Assembly: GCA_963664295.1 (NCBI GenBank)
Contig: OY760935.1
Location: 128,001-192,000 of the forward strand
Direction of reading: 5' to 3'
Origin: Candidatus Altimarinota bacterium
Lineage (GTDB): Bacteria; Patescibacteriota; Gracilibacteria; CAIRYL01; GCA-016699755
DNA length: 64,000 nucleotides
The translations under genes and the position numbers were made by a program. This document shows, one piece after another, positions 18,763 to 28,132 of this stretch. The notes under the pieces are model-generated. The model did no database searches, was not told where the DNA came from, and was given only the letters and a program-made list of their open reading frames with translations. Every line of letters starts with the position of its first letter. Position 1 is the first letter of the stretch.

Positions 18763-20856
18763 ATGGAAAAACTTTTTGAGCCAAAATCAATCGTACTAAT
18801 TGGGGCTTCTGCTACTCCTGGCAAGTTGGGTTTTGATATTCTTGAAAATTTGGTTGAGTCTGATTATAAAGGTAAGATTTACCCTCTTAATCCAAAAGGT
18901 GGGGAGATTTTAGGTAAAAAAGTTTACAAAAAAATTGTGGATTTACCAAAAAATATTGATTTAGCTGTTGTTGCTGTTCCTGCTCAGTTTGTTGGTCAAG
19001 TTGTAGAAGAATGTGGACAAAAAAACATAAAAAATATTGTGATTATTTCTGCTGGATTTAAAGAAGTTGGCGGAGAAGGTGCAGAAAGAGAAGAGGAATT
19101 AAAAAAATTGATAGAAAAATATGATTTAAATTTAATTGGACCAAATTGTTTAGGAATATTAAATACTCATATTGACCTTAATGCTTCTTTTGCTGAGGGT
19201 ATGCCAAAAAAAGGCAAGATTGCTTTACTTTCGCAGTCTGGAGCAATGGCTGTGGCAATTGCAGACTGGGCATATGGTGAAAATATTGGTTTTAGCAAAA
19301 TAGTTTCCATGGGAAATAAAGCAGGAGTTGATGAAAATAAGCTTTTAGAATACCTTGAAAACGATAAGGAAACCGAGGTTATTATGATGTATTTGGAAAG
19401 TTTTGTAGATGGAGAAGAGTTTATGAAACAAGCACAAAAATTAGCACAAAAAAAACCAATAATAGTACTTAAGTCAGGCGTTTCTGATGCTGGTTCAAGT
19501 GCAGTAGCTTCACACACAGGAGCATTGGCAGGCTCAGATAAGGCAACAGAAACAGCATTAAGGCAATCTGGCATTATTCGTGCTAATTGTATTGAGTCCT
19601 TTTTTGATTATGCTCGTGTTTTTAGTATGCAGAAATTGCCAAAAGGCAATAAAGTAGCCATTATTACCAATGCGGGAGGTCCAGGCGTAATAACAACAGA
19701 CACAATCGAGCAATCAGATTTTCTAGAAATTGCTGAATTAGCAGAAAAGACAAAAAAACAACTCAAAAAAGACTTGCCAACTACAGCAAATACACACAAT
19801 CCAGTTGATGTTATTGGTGATGCTTTAGCAGATAGATATGAAAAAGCTTTAAGCTCTGTTTTGACTGACGACGGTGTGGACATGGTGATCACAATTCTCA
19901 CACCGCAGATAATGACAGAAAAAGAAAAGACAGCACGAATTTTGGCAAATTTTAATGATTTGTATCCAGATAAGCCACTTTTTGCCTCTTTTATTGGTGG
20001 AAAAAATATTGAATATGCTTCAGAAAAATTAGCAGAATACGGAGTGCCAAATTTTGTTTATCCATCGCGGGCAATAGGTGCAATGGAGGCAATGGTAAAG
20101 TTAAAAAATTGGCGTGAACAGAAAAAAGTTTGCACAATTAAAATTCAAAACAAAGCACCAGTTGACTTAAGAGAAAAAGTAAAAAAAGCCATAAAAACTG
20201 GAGATAGAGCTCTGCCACAAAAATTAGTATCAGAAATTTTTATTCATTATGGAATTTCTGTGCCACAAATAAAATTAGCAAAAAATGCTAAGCAAGCAGT
20301 GGAAGAAGCTGATAAAATAGGTTATCCGGTTGTTATGAAAATTTGTTCTGATGATGTTTTACATAAAACTGATGCTGGTGGTGTGCGCTTGAGCGTGAAA
20401 AATGCCCAAGAAGTTAAGGAAGCATACGAACAAATTATGAAAAATGTTTTAGGAAAGTTTCCAAAAGCCCATATTAAAGGAATTTTGGTGCAAAAAATGT
20501 ATCATGTGGGCAGGGAGGTTATTGTTGGCATGAAGCGAGATCCTGTTTTTGGCCCTTTGATTATGTTTGGTCTTGGTGGGATTTATGTTGAGGTGATGAA
20601 AGATGTTTCTTTTCGAGTTGCTCCTTTTTCGGAATGTGATGCTTTGGAGATGATCGAAGAAATCAGGGCAGTGAAATTGCTCAAGGGTGTGCGCGGGCAA
20701 GCTCCTGCTGATATCAAAAAACTTTCTGAAGCTGTTTTGGCTGTTAGTCGCTTTGCTTTGGATTTTCCGGAAATTAAGGAAATGGACATCAATCCTTTGA
20801 TGGTTTTTGATGAGGGCGAGGGCGCTGTGGCTTTGGATTCAAGGGTTTTGGTTTAG
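18763..20856 (+). CDS. ADP-forming acetate-CoA ligase, fused alpha/beta
   Basis: CoA-binding IGAS, GPNCLG, SQSGA, phospho-His ASHTG, ATP-grasp HKTDAGGV and EMDINPL. Confidence 0.93.
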   Translation: MEKLFEPKSIVLIGASATPGKLGFDILENLVESDYKGKIYPLNPKGGEILGKKVYKKIVDLPKNIDLAVVAVPAQFVGQVVEECGQKNIKNIVIISAGFKEVGGEGAEREEELKKLIEKYDLNLIGPNCLGILNTHIDLNASFAEGMPKKGKIALLSQSGAMAVAIADWAYGENIGFSKIVSMGNKAGVDENKLLEYLENDKETEVIMMYLESFVDGEEFMKQAQKLAQKKPIIVLKSGVSDAGSSAVASHTGALAGSDKATETALRQSGIIRANCIESFFDYARVFSMQKLPKGNKVAIITNAGGPGVITTDTIEQSDFLEIAELAEKTKKQLKKDLPTTANTHNPVDVIGDALADRYEKALSSVLTDDGVDMVITILTPQIMTEKEKTARILANFNDLYPDKPLFASFIGGKNIEYASEKLAEYGVPNFVYPSRAIGAMEAMVKLKNWREQKKVCTIKIQNKAPVDLREKVKKAIKTGDRALPQKLVSEIFIHYGISVPQIKLAKNAKQAVEEADKIGYPVVMKICSDDVLHKTDAGGVRLSVKNAQEVKEAYEQIMKNVLGKFPKAHIKGILVQKMYHVGREVIVGMKRDPVFGPLIMFGLGGIYVEVMKDVSFRVAPFSECDALEMIEEIRAVKLLKGVRGQAPADIKKLSEAVLAVSRFALDFPEIKEMDINPLMVFDEGEGAVALDSRVLV

Positions 20857-20873
20857 GTTGGACTTAAATTAAA

Positions 20874-20910
20874 AATAAAATCCTCTAATTTTATAATAGA
20901 GGATTTTATT
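20874..20910. terminator. bidirectional terminator
   Basis: AATAAAATCCTCTA-loop-TAGAGGATTTTATT perfect 14-bp stem. Confidence 0.7.
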
Positions 20911-20936
20911 AAAATACAGTAATAATTTTAATGTTT

Positions 20937-21362
20937 TTAAATTTCAGGATTTTCGTTAATTTCTATATTGCCAATATTTGTTTCTTCAAGAAGATTGTTG
21001 TCTGTTGAAAATGTTCGTATTACCAAAGGACCATTACATGCCGATAAATCAACGTTGTTAAAAATATAATCATTGTCATGTGGATGATCTTTTGTAAAAA
21101 CTACTGATTGACCACTAGGAAAGACAAATTCAACTTGAACTACTTCAGCAGGAGTGTCCACAGTAAAATGTGCAGCTTCTCCAGTATGTAGTTCGTTAGG
21201 AATGTTTATCGGATTAATGGCTGCTACATCCATTTCCTTCATAAGACTGTCTACATACTTTTTTTCTTCTTCATTTACAGCTTCTATATCAAAGTCATTA
21301 TCCGAAGGATCAACTTCAGAAGTATGAGGAATAAAGTTTTTTGATTCTTCCATATTATTCAT
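20937..21362 (-). CDS. hypothetical acidic protein
   Basis: 141-aa ORF with a beta-rich C-terminal half. Confidence 0.65.
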   Translation of the reverse strand: MNNMEESKNFIPHTSEVDPSDNDFDIEAVNEEEKKYVDSLMKEMDVAAINPINIPNELHTGEAAHFTVDTPAEVVQVEFVFPSGQSVVFTKDHPHDNDYIFNNVDLSACNGPLVIRTFSTDNNLLEETNIGNIEINENPEI

Positions 21363-21410
21363 ATTATTTTTTAAAATTTTTTTATATTATAAATTATTTT
21401 ATATTTCTTG

Positions 21411-23114
21411 TCAAGAAAACTTTTCCTTCTTGCTGTAATCTGTATATAGCAAAGAATTACGCTTTTTCTTGCTTTGTTTTTTTGCGTATTCCATAAACTC
21501 CAGTGCTACTGGGTTTTCATGTGCCTGACGCATTTTTAAATTACGGTCAATTTGATATAAACCTGCTATTCTTTTTTTCACAATTTCACTAGTGGAGGGG
21601 ATTGGTTGACCACCACCGCCAATGCAACCGCCAGGGCAAGCCATTACCTCAATGTAATCATAGGCTTTTGGGTCTTTTTTTAATTCATCGATTATTTTGC
21701 GAACGTTTTTTGCAGTGGCAACAACAGCTACTTTTAGCTTTAGTTTGCCAATTTTTATTTCTGCTTTTTTTACTCCTTTCATTCCACGAACTTCTTTTAG
21801 ATCCAAATTTTTCATTGGTTTTCCTGTGATCATGAAATGGGCTGTTCTTAGCGCTGATTCCATCACTCCGCCTGATGCACCATAAATAGCGGCCGCACCA
21901 GAATATGTGCCATATGTGTCCACTTCAGATTCTTTTAATTTTGTTGGATTGATTTTGTGTTTTCTTAGTAAATTGGCCAGTTCGCGAGTTGTGAGCACAT
22001 AATCAACAGGTTTTAAGCCATTTATGAATAATTTTTCATGTTGCGCTTCATATTTTTTTGATGTGCAAGGCATTACAGAAACCACCACAATTTTTTTTGG
22101 ATTTATGCCTTCTTTTTCTGCCCACCAGGTTTTATATGCTCCGCCAGAATGAATTTGTGGAGAGCGGGAAGTGGTTAAGTTTGGAATTAGCTCTGGATGA
22201 TAGAATTCTAAAAATTTTACCCAACCTGGACAACAAGAGGTAAACATTGGCATTGTTCCACCTTTAACTATTCTTTCTATTAGCTCTTCAGCTTCGACCA
22301 TTGTGGTTATATCTGCGCCCATGTTGACATCAAAAACTTTGTCAAAGCCAAGCTCTCGATAGGCACTATATAATTTTTTGGTTAAATCTTTGCCATATTC
22401 TTCGCCAAATTCTTCTCCTATGCTTGCACGCACTGATGGTGCTGTTTGCACGATTACTATTTTATTTTTATTTTTTAAAGCTTTTTCAACTTGTTCGATA
22501 TGGCTTTGTTCTCGTATTGCGCCAACAGGGCAGTGTACTGTGCATTGTCCGCAATAAATACAATCTACTTTTGGGTCTTTGTTGTAATCTATGCGGGTTT
22601 TTGAGTCGTGTCCGGATAATTGCAAAAAACAAGTACCGAGTTTTTCACACATTTCCACACATTTATTGCAATTTATGCAAAGCGCTGGATCAAACTCCGC
22701 GGCAGTTCCTAGTTTGTGAATTTTTCTTTTTGGATTATCTCTTTGATATTTTTTGCCTGTTATGCCGTATTTTTTCATTATTTCCCAGGTTTCGCAATAT
22801 AGACCTCTTGTGCACTTTGGACATTTTTCTCTATGACCTGCAAGGAGTAATTCCATGTTTTCTTTGCGGAGTTTTTTTACTTTTACTGTGTCTAGTTTTA
22901 TTTTTAATCCATCTTCTGCTTTTAGTGTGCAGGAAGTTGTTATGCTTTTTTCGGTTTCAACTAAACAAGTTCGACAGCTTGCTCCGGTTGGTAAGTCATC
23001 ATGATGGCAAAAATGTGGTATATCTAAGCCATTTCTGAGTGCAACTTGCAAAACACTTTCATCTGTTTTTGCTTGATATGCTTTGCCATTTATGTAAATT
23101 GTTATTTTTTTCAT
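21411..23114 (-). CDS. hydA: group A [FeFe]-hydrogenase catalytic subunit
   Basis: H-cluster motifs TSCCPGW, MPCTSKKYE and EVMACPGGCIGGGGQP; N-terminal 2Fe-2S, His-ligated 4Fe-4S and 2x[4Fe-4S] motifs. Confidence 0.95.
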   Translation of the reverse strand: MKKITIYINGKAYQAKTDESVLQVALRNGLDIPHFCHHDDLPTGASCRTCLVETEKSITTSCTLKAEDGLKIKLDTVKVKKLRKENMELLLAGHREKCPKCTRGLYCETWEIMKKYGITGKKYQRDNPKRKIHKLGTAAEFDPALCINCNKCVEMCEKLGTCFLQLSGHDSKTRIDYNKDPKVDCIYCGQCTVHCPVGAIREQSHIEQVEKALKNKNKIVIVQTAPSVRASIGEEFGEEYGKDLTKKLYSAYRELGFDKVFDVNMGADITTMVEAEELIERIVKGGTMPMFTSCCPGWVKFLEFYHPELIPNLTTSRSPQIHSGGAYKTWWAEKEGINPKKIVVVSVMPCTSKKYEAQHEKLFINGLKPVDYVLTTRELANLLRKHKINPTKLKESEVDTYGTYSGAAAIYGASGGVMESALRTAHFMITGKPMKNLDLKEVRGMKGVKKAEIKIGKLKLKVAVVATAKNVRKIIDELKKDPKAYDYIEVMACPGGCIGGGGQPIPSTSEIVKKRIAGLYQIDRNLKMRQAHENPVALEFMEYAKKQSKKKRNSLLYTDYSKKEKFS

Positions 23115-24112
23115 ATTTTTTTCTTGAGTACATTTTTAAGATAACTTTTTACTGGCACAGCTACAGACTGACCAAGTGCGCAAAAAGATGTTTGCTCCAG
23201 TGTTTCCACTATTTCCATGATTTTTTTCCAAGGAATTTGCTTATTTTCTGTAATTAATTTGTATAGCTGATAAGTGCCTTCTCTGCAGGGTGTGCATTTG
23301 CCACAAGACTGTAAATTGTAGAAATCAAACCATCTTTCCAGTACTTTGCGGGCTGGTGTTGATTTTTTGTAAATTTCTATTGAGCCTGCACCAGATACTT
23401 TGTGTTTTTTGAGTTGATTTTGATTGTAAACAACTCCGCTTGCACCTCCGCCAATTTGCACAAAAAATTCAAAATTTGGCAGGTTGTTTGTGTGTTTTAA
23501 TATTTTATATATGCTCCAATCTGCTGGCAGGTGATATACTCCTGGGCTTTTTACTTCGCCGTAAAGGCAGTAAAAACGTCTATTTTCAAATTCATTATTT
23601 GCTACTCGGGCAACATTGAACAATGTTTCTACATTGTGTACAAGAGTTGGTTTACCAAAAAGACCATGATTTGCCGGGTAGGGTGGTTTTATGCGTGGTT
23701 CTACTCTTTTTCCTTCTATTGCATTTATTAATGCGGTTTCTTCACCACCTATATATGAAGGAATTTCTTTGTAAATTTTTATTTCATAACCAAGTTTTTT
23801 GTATTTTTCAATTAAGCTAGTGACTGTTTTTTTTGTGCGGTGATAATAGGTTTCATTAAAATTAAAATAAGCTTTTTTTGTGCCTAAAAAATCCATTGCT
23901 ATTTTTAGTCCCTCAAAAACTTTTTCTGGATAATGTTCTATAATGAAAATGTCTTTAAAAAGACCTGTTTCGCCTTCAGAAGCATTGCAGACAACATACT
24001 TTGTTTTGCCTTTTGCTTTTTTAACAAATTGCCATTTTAAATAAGTTGGAAAGCCTGCGCCTCCTCTTCCTACTAGTCCTGCTTTTTGTATTTGTTTTAA
24101 GATTTTTTTCAT
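23111..24112 (-). CDS. NuoF/HydB-like NADH/FMN-binding subunit (minimal)
   Basis: GLVGRGGAGFPT, CNASEGE, GEETAL, NVETL, SCGKCTPCREG...FCALG. Confidence 0.92.
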   Translation of the reverse strand: MKKILKQIQKAGLVGRGGAGFPTYLKWQFVKKAKGKTKYVVCNASEGETGLFKDIFIIEHYPEKVFEGLKIAMDFLGTKKAYFNFNETYYHRTKKTVTSLIEKYKKLGYEIKIYKEIPSYIGGEETALINAIEGKRVEPRIKPPYPANHGLFGKPTLVHNVETLFNVARVANNEFENRRFYCLYGEVKSPGVYHLPADWSIYKILKHTNNLPNFEFFVQIGGGASGVVYNQNQLKKHKVSGAGSIEIYKKSTPARKVLERWFDFYNLQSCGKCTPCREGTYQLYKLITENKQIPWKKIMEIVETLEQTSFCALGQSVAVPVKSYLKNVLKKKI

Positions 24113-24609
24113 TTTTTTGTTGTTTTTATTATTGCAAAGGCGATTAATCCGCCTACTATTGCCGTTATAAATTGGGGCCAGCTCATCATTATGCTTAATT
24201 TTCCTATTAGCTTATCACTTAACATTGTGCTCATTAAAAATTGCACTGTTAAAAACAGAAAAATAAATTTCAAGAAAGCACTGGTAATAAGTGCAAAATA
24301 ATTATTTATTGGTTTTAAATAATAAAATCCAAGCACAAAAATAGCATTGGAAATAATAATAAAAGGCACCATTGGTGCAAGAGGCAAGGGAAGTAGTCCT
24401 GCTGACAATGCTACTGTGCTGGGAATTAAGCTTAAGACAAGTGCTTCACTAAGGCCAACTGTAAGCAAAGTTAGTATTAACAATCCATTAACCAAAGGAC
24501 CTGTAAGCCACTGGGTGTGTAAAAATACAGGTACAATACTAATTATTACTAAATAGCTTATAAATAAAATTATTTTTGTTTTTGGAAAAGAAATTATTTT
24601 GGTTTTCAT
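24109..24609 (-). CDS. small membrane protein, ECF S-component-like
   Basis: 166 aa, about 6 TM; QWLTGPLVNGLL and PQFITAIVGG; translationally coupled to the nuoF-like gene. Confidence 0.65.
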   Translation of the reverse strand: MKTKIISFPKTKIILFISYLVIISIVPVFLHTQWLTGPLVNGLLILTLLTVGLSEALVLSLIPSTVALSAGLLPLPLAPMVPFIIISNAIFVLGFYYLKPINNYFALITSAFLKFIFLFLTVQFLMSTMLSDKLIGKLSIMMSWPQFITAIVGGLIAFAIIKTTKK

Positions 24610-24631
24610 ATTAAATTAAGAATATTTTATC

Positions 24632-25633
24632 TTATTCTTCTGTTGTTATTAGCTGAGCTTGTTCAAGAAGAATGTCTCCTTGTTCTTTGATTTTTTTACC
24701 TAGAGGTTGAGTAGAAGGGTCATCAGCATAAGCTTCGCCAGCTAGGGTTTTTGCTGTTTCCACATGTTGAGCTAGTGCCTCTGTGTCGCCAGTTAAGCCA
24801 GCTTGATAAGCATAGCAAAGCTCTTGGAAACCAAGTGATATTTTATTTGCTGCTTTTGTTAGTCCTTGATCAGGCGCAGCTTCGACAGCTCTTTCAGAAA
24901 AATACACTGCCTCATTGGCCTCTTTTAAGGCTTCTTCAATATCATTTTCATTTAAAGCAACCAGAATGTTTATTAAATGAGATTCTGTAATGTTAAGCAT
25001 TTTTTGTGCATCGCCACCTCTGTTAATAATTAGTAATTTATAGATAATTTCTGCGCATTCACCTCTTGTTAAAGCTTTTTCAGGTTCTAATCTGTTGTCT
25101 AAAGTAGGGGAAATAATGCCAACAATTTTAGCATAGCTCATATAAGGCAAAAACCATTGGCCAGCAGAAGTATCCGCAGAAACACCTTCTGTTAGATTTT
25201 GATGCTTTGTTAGGTCTATTTCAAAGCTTTCTAAAAGCATTTTGAGAAATTCAGCTTTTTTAACTTGTTGAGTTGGGGTGAATTTTCCTGTGTCACCTTG
25301 CCCTTTGACTATTCCTATTTCTTTGGCTTTTTTTGTGTAGCGAGCAAACCAATCAGAAGTATTTACATCTGGAAAACCTGTTTCTTTTAATTCTTCTTCT
25401 TCGTTTATTTCTATTTTTGCGCTTAACAATATCATTTTTAAGGCGGCTGCTCTGTTTACTGAATCTTCTGGGCGAAAAGTGCCATCTGGATTGCCATTAA
25501 CTATGCCAAGATTTTTTAATGATTCTATAGCTGCATAATTTTCATGAGTTTCTGGTACATCAGAGAAAGAAGCACCCAAAGTTATTGGCATAAATAAGGC
25601 GAGTGATATGATTATTACTAAGAATTTTTTCAT
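24632..25633 (-). CDS. S-layer homology (SLH) domain protein
   Basis: signal peptide; three SLH repeats (FSDV...GIVNG...FRP...VNRA; FPDV...; ...LTRGE). Confidence 0.9.
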   Translation of the reverse strand: MKKFLVIIISLALFMPITLGASFSDVPETHENYAAIESLKNLGIVNGNPDGTFRPEDSVNRAAALKMILLSAKIEINEEEELKETGFPDVNTSDWFARYTKKAKEIGIVKGQGDTGKFTPTQQVKKAEFLKMLLESFEIDLTKHQNLTEGVSADTSAGQWFLPYMSYAKIVGIISPTLDNRLEPEKALTRGECAEIIYKLLIINRGGDAQKMLNITESHLINILVALNENDIEEALKEANEAVYFSERAVEAAPDQGLTKAANKISLGFQELCYAYQAGLTGDTEALAQHVETAKTLAGEAYADDPSTQPLGKKIKEQGDILLEQAQLITTEE

Positions 25634-25707
25634 AATTATGATTTAAAGTTTGTATTTTTTAAAAATTTTACAGTAATTTGTCAAAAAGACAAAATTATTT
25701 TTTAGTT

Positions 25708-28059
25708 TTAATAAGTTCTTAATCTTTCCCAATGAGCTGATCCAGAAGTATTTTCTATGTTAACATAAATTCTATCATTACTTGTGTTTACCCAAATTGT
25801 GCCTACTGCATAGCCATCATCAATATCATCATTAGAGTCTGGATTACTTGTGTCAAGGTGTTGCGACGCTCCCAAACTGGTATTTGAGCTATTGTCACTT
25901 ATCCACTCTGTGGTGTTTTCAAATTTATTATTACTAATTAAGGTTCGATCAGATGAAGAGTCAATATCTATGCCAATATCCCAAGAATATGTGCCACCAG
26001 TAATCATATTATTGGCAAAAATATTATCATCATTATTACCTTCTGTATAAAAAGCAGTTGCATCTGATGTGTCTGAAGCACCTTTCACCACATTTCCTTG
26101 GAAGATATTTCTGTGTACTTCTGTATCGCTATCTGAGCTTCCTATGGTAAAGCCTCTATTAAAGCCACTTCCACTATTTGCTGTGCCATCAATTGTGTTT
26201 GAAGAAAAGTTTGAATCAGTCACTTGTCTTGAGGCAGGTCCGCCAAATCCTTCAATTACTATTCCTTGAGAATTTGAGCTTAATGATCCGCTAACCACAT
26301 TGGCGGTCATGTTTACTCTGCTTGAATCACCAATAAAAATTCCATAACTTGTCCATGTGCCTGCGCCCATTCGTGAAAATCGATTATTGTATAGTGAACT
26401 GTCTTCTACGCCTACAAAAACCGCTACTGTTTCGCGTACATAATCAACATTATTACTTTCTATTAAAGCATTTCTGATTGTATTTCCATTTGTCCAAACT
26501 CCACTTCCTGAACCATAGCCATCACCACCGCTAACATGAATTCCATCTGTAAAATAACTACTCACAGTGCTGTCACCAAAAATACGACAATTTTTTATTA
26601 CTGGTCTTAATAAATCTTCACTAGTTCCATCTAAGAATTGAATTCCTATGCGGGCTGAATCACCACTTCCTGATTGTCCTGAAGTTTTTATTACTGTGAT
26701 GTTGTATAGCTGTATATCTTTTCCACCTGTTGCTCTGATGCCGTGGATACTTGGGCCATCTACTTCTAATTTAAAATCTTTAAGAATTACATTATCTACT
26801 GGAGTGGAGCCGTCAGCTGATCCTATTTGAATTGCTGATGTAGTTGTGCTTGATCCAGAAAAACTGCTTAAAACTTTGATCACAGAAGAGTCGCCATAGC
26901 CAATAATTTCAATATTGTCATGATTTATATTGACTGTTTCTTCAATTTCGTGAGTTCCAGGCAGTAGCGTGATTATTCCTCCACTTGGTAAACTATTGAT
27001 CAATGCTTGTAAATTCATTTCTGGATAAGCGAAGATTGTACTACTTGGATAAGTTGTGATGTTGCCAGTAGTGACGGCATTAACTGAACCTGAAAGTGCA
27101 ATATCCCAATCACTAAAATTTAGAGAGCCATTTCCACCTTGTGCTCCAATAAAAAAAGTTGAACCAGAATTAAAATTTGTACTTGCTTGTGCAGGTACTA
27201 TGTTTGCTGTTCCGGAAATTGAAGAAGAAGGGCTAACAAAACGAGTAATTACTGTTGGAGCTGGTGTTAATGAGCTATTCATTAAAAATTTATCATCTTC
27301 AGTAATAAAATTTACCCATTTAAAAAGCAAGGCGCTGTTTGTGCCTGTGCCGTCTTTGACATTAATTCCATAATCACTACTTAAGCTTGAATCAGCTTCA
27401 ATAATCATATTGTCAAATTGTGTGTTTTTGGCGATTATTTGACCATTATTTACAATTAGTATTTTTGTGTCTGTTTCACTTGCGCCAATAAGATTAATAT
27501 TTTCCAGATCCACACTTGTTGTGATTTGGTGAATTTCTGGAGTAAGCAAAATAATTCCACCTGTTAATCCATTTAGGTAAGTAGCTGCTTCAGCAATTGT
27601 TGCGTAGTTTCCACCTGAACCTACTGTCACCACCTTACTAGTTGCAGTTGTTGTTGTGGCAATAACTGCCCAATTGTAAACACTGGCACTTTCTTCAATA
27701 CAAATAAAACCATTTTTTGAACTTGTATTGTAGTATTGCCTACCTACATTGTTTATGTCGCAAGTTGGTGCTGAGCTATTATTTTCTAGGCGAAAATTAA
27801 TAATTTCATTGCCATTGAAATTTAGGTCGTTACTGATGGTGAAATATGAATTAGCTTCATCCCAAAGCAAAAATTCATTTAAAGAAGATCCAAATTGAAG
27901 TTTCATGTCACCGGTTGCATCTTCTTCATTGATTAAAAGAGTGTTTTGTTCAATGCCATAATCAATGTCACCACTAAACAAAATAAGCTCTTCAGCAAGG
28001 GATATTGGGAGAAGTAAAAATATGCTTATTATGATGCCGAAAAGCCTTTTTATAATCAT
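25708..28059 (-). CDS. secreted right-handed beta-helix protein with shared N-terminal fibre module
   Basis: signal peptide; LQFG..L.WD module; two pectin-lyase-like entry motifs (TIAEA...GGIILL and LQALIN...GGIITLLPG); Asn-ladder repeats. Confidence 0.75.
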   Translation of the reverse strand: MIIKRLFGIIISIFLLLPISLAEELILFSGDIDYGIEQNTLLINEEDATGDMKLQFGSSLNEFLLWDEANSYFTISNDLNFNGNEIINFRLENNSSAPTCDINNVGRQYYNTSSKNGFICIEESASVYNWAVIATTTTATSKVVTVGSGGNYATIAEAATYLNGLTGGIILLTPEIHQITTSVDLENINLIGASETDTKILIVNNGQIIAKNTQFDNMIIEADSSLSSDYGINVKDGTGTNSALLFKWVNFITEDDKFLMNSSLTPAPTVITRFVSPSSSISGTANIVPAQASTNFNSGSTFFIGAQGGNGSLNFSDWDIALSGSVNAVTTGNITTYPSSTIFAYPEMNLQALINSLPSGGIITLLPGTHEIEETVNINHDNIEIIGYGDSSVIKVLSSFSGSSTTTSAIQIGSADGSTPVDNVILKDFKLEVDGPSIHGIRATGGKDIQLYNITVIKTSGQSGSGDSARIGIQFLDGTSEDLLRPVIKNCRIFGDSTVSSYFTDGIHVSGGDGYGSGSGVWTNGNTIRNALIESNNVDYVRETVAVFVGVEDSSLYNNRFSRMGAGTWTSYGIFIGDSSRVNMTANVVSGSLSSNSQGIVIEGFGGPASRQVTDSNFSSNTIDGTANSGSGFNRGFTIGSSDSDTEVHRNIFQGNVVKGASDTSDATAFYTEGNNDDNIFANNMITGGTYSWDIGIDIDSSSDRTLISNNKFENTTEWISDNSSNTSLGASQHLDTSNPDSNDDIDDGYAVGTIWVNTSNDRIYVNIENTSGSAHWERLRTY

Positions 28060-28132
28060 TAGGGAATTTAAGTGATACTATTCATATAATTATATCACTT
28101 TGAGAGTTTTTTTTCAATGTTTTATCGCTTTA

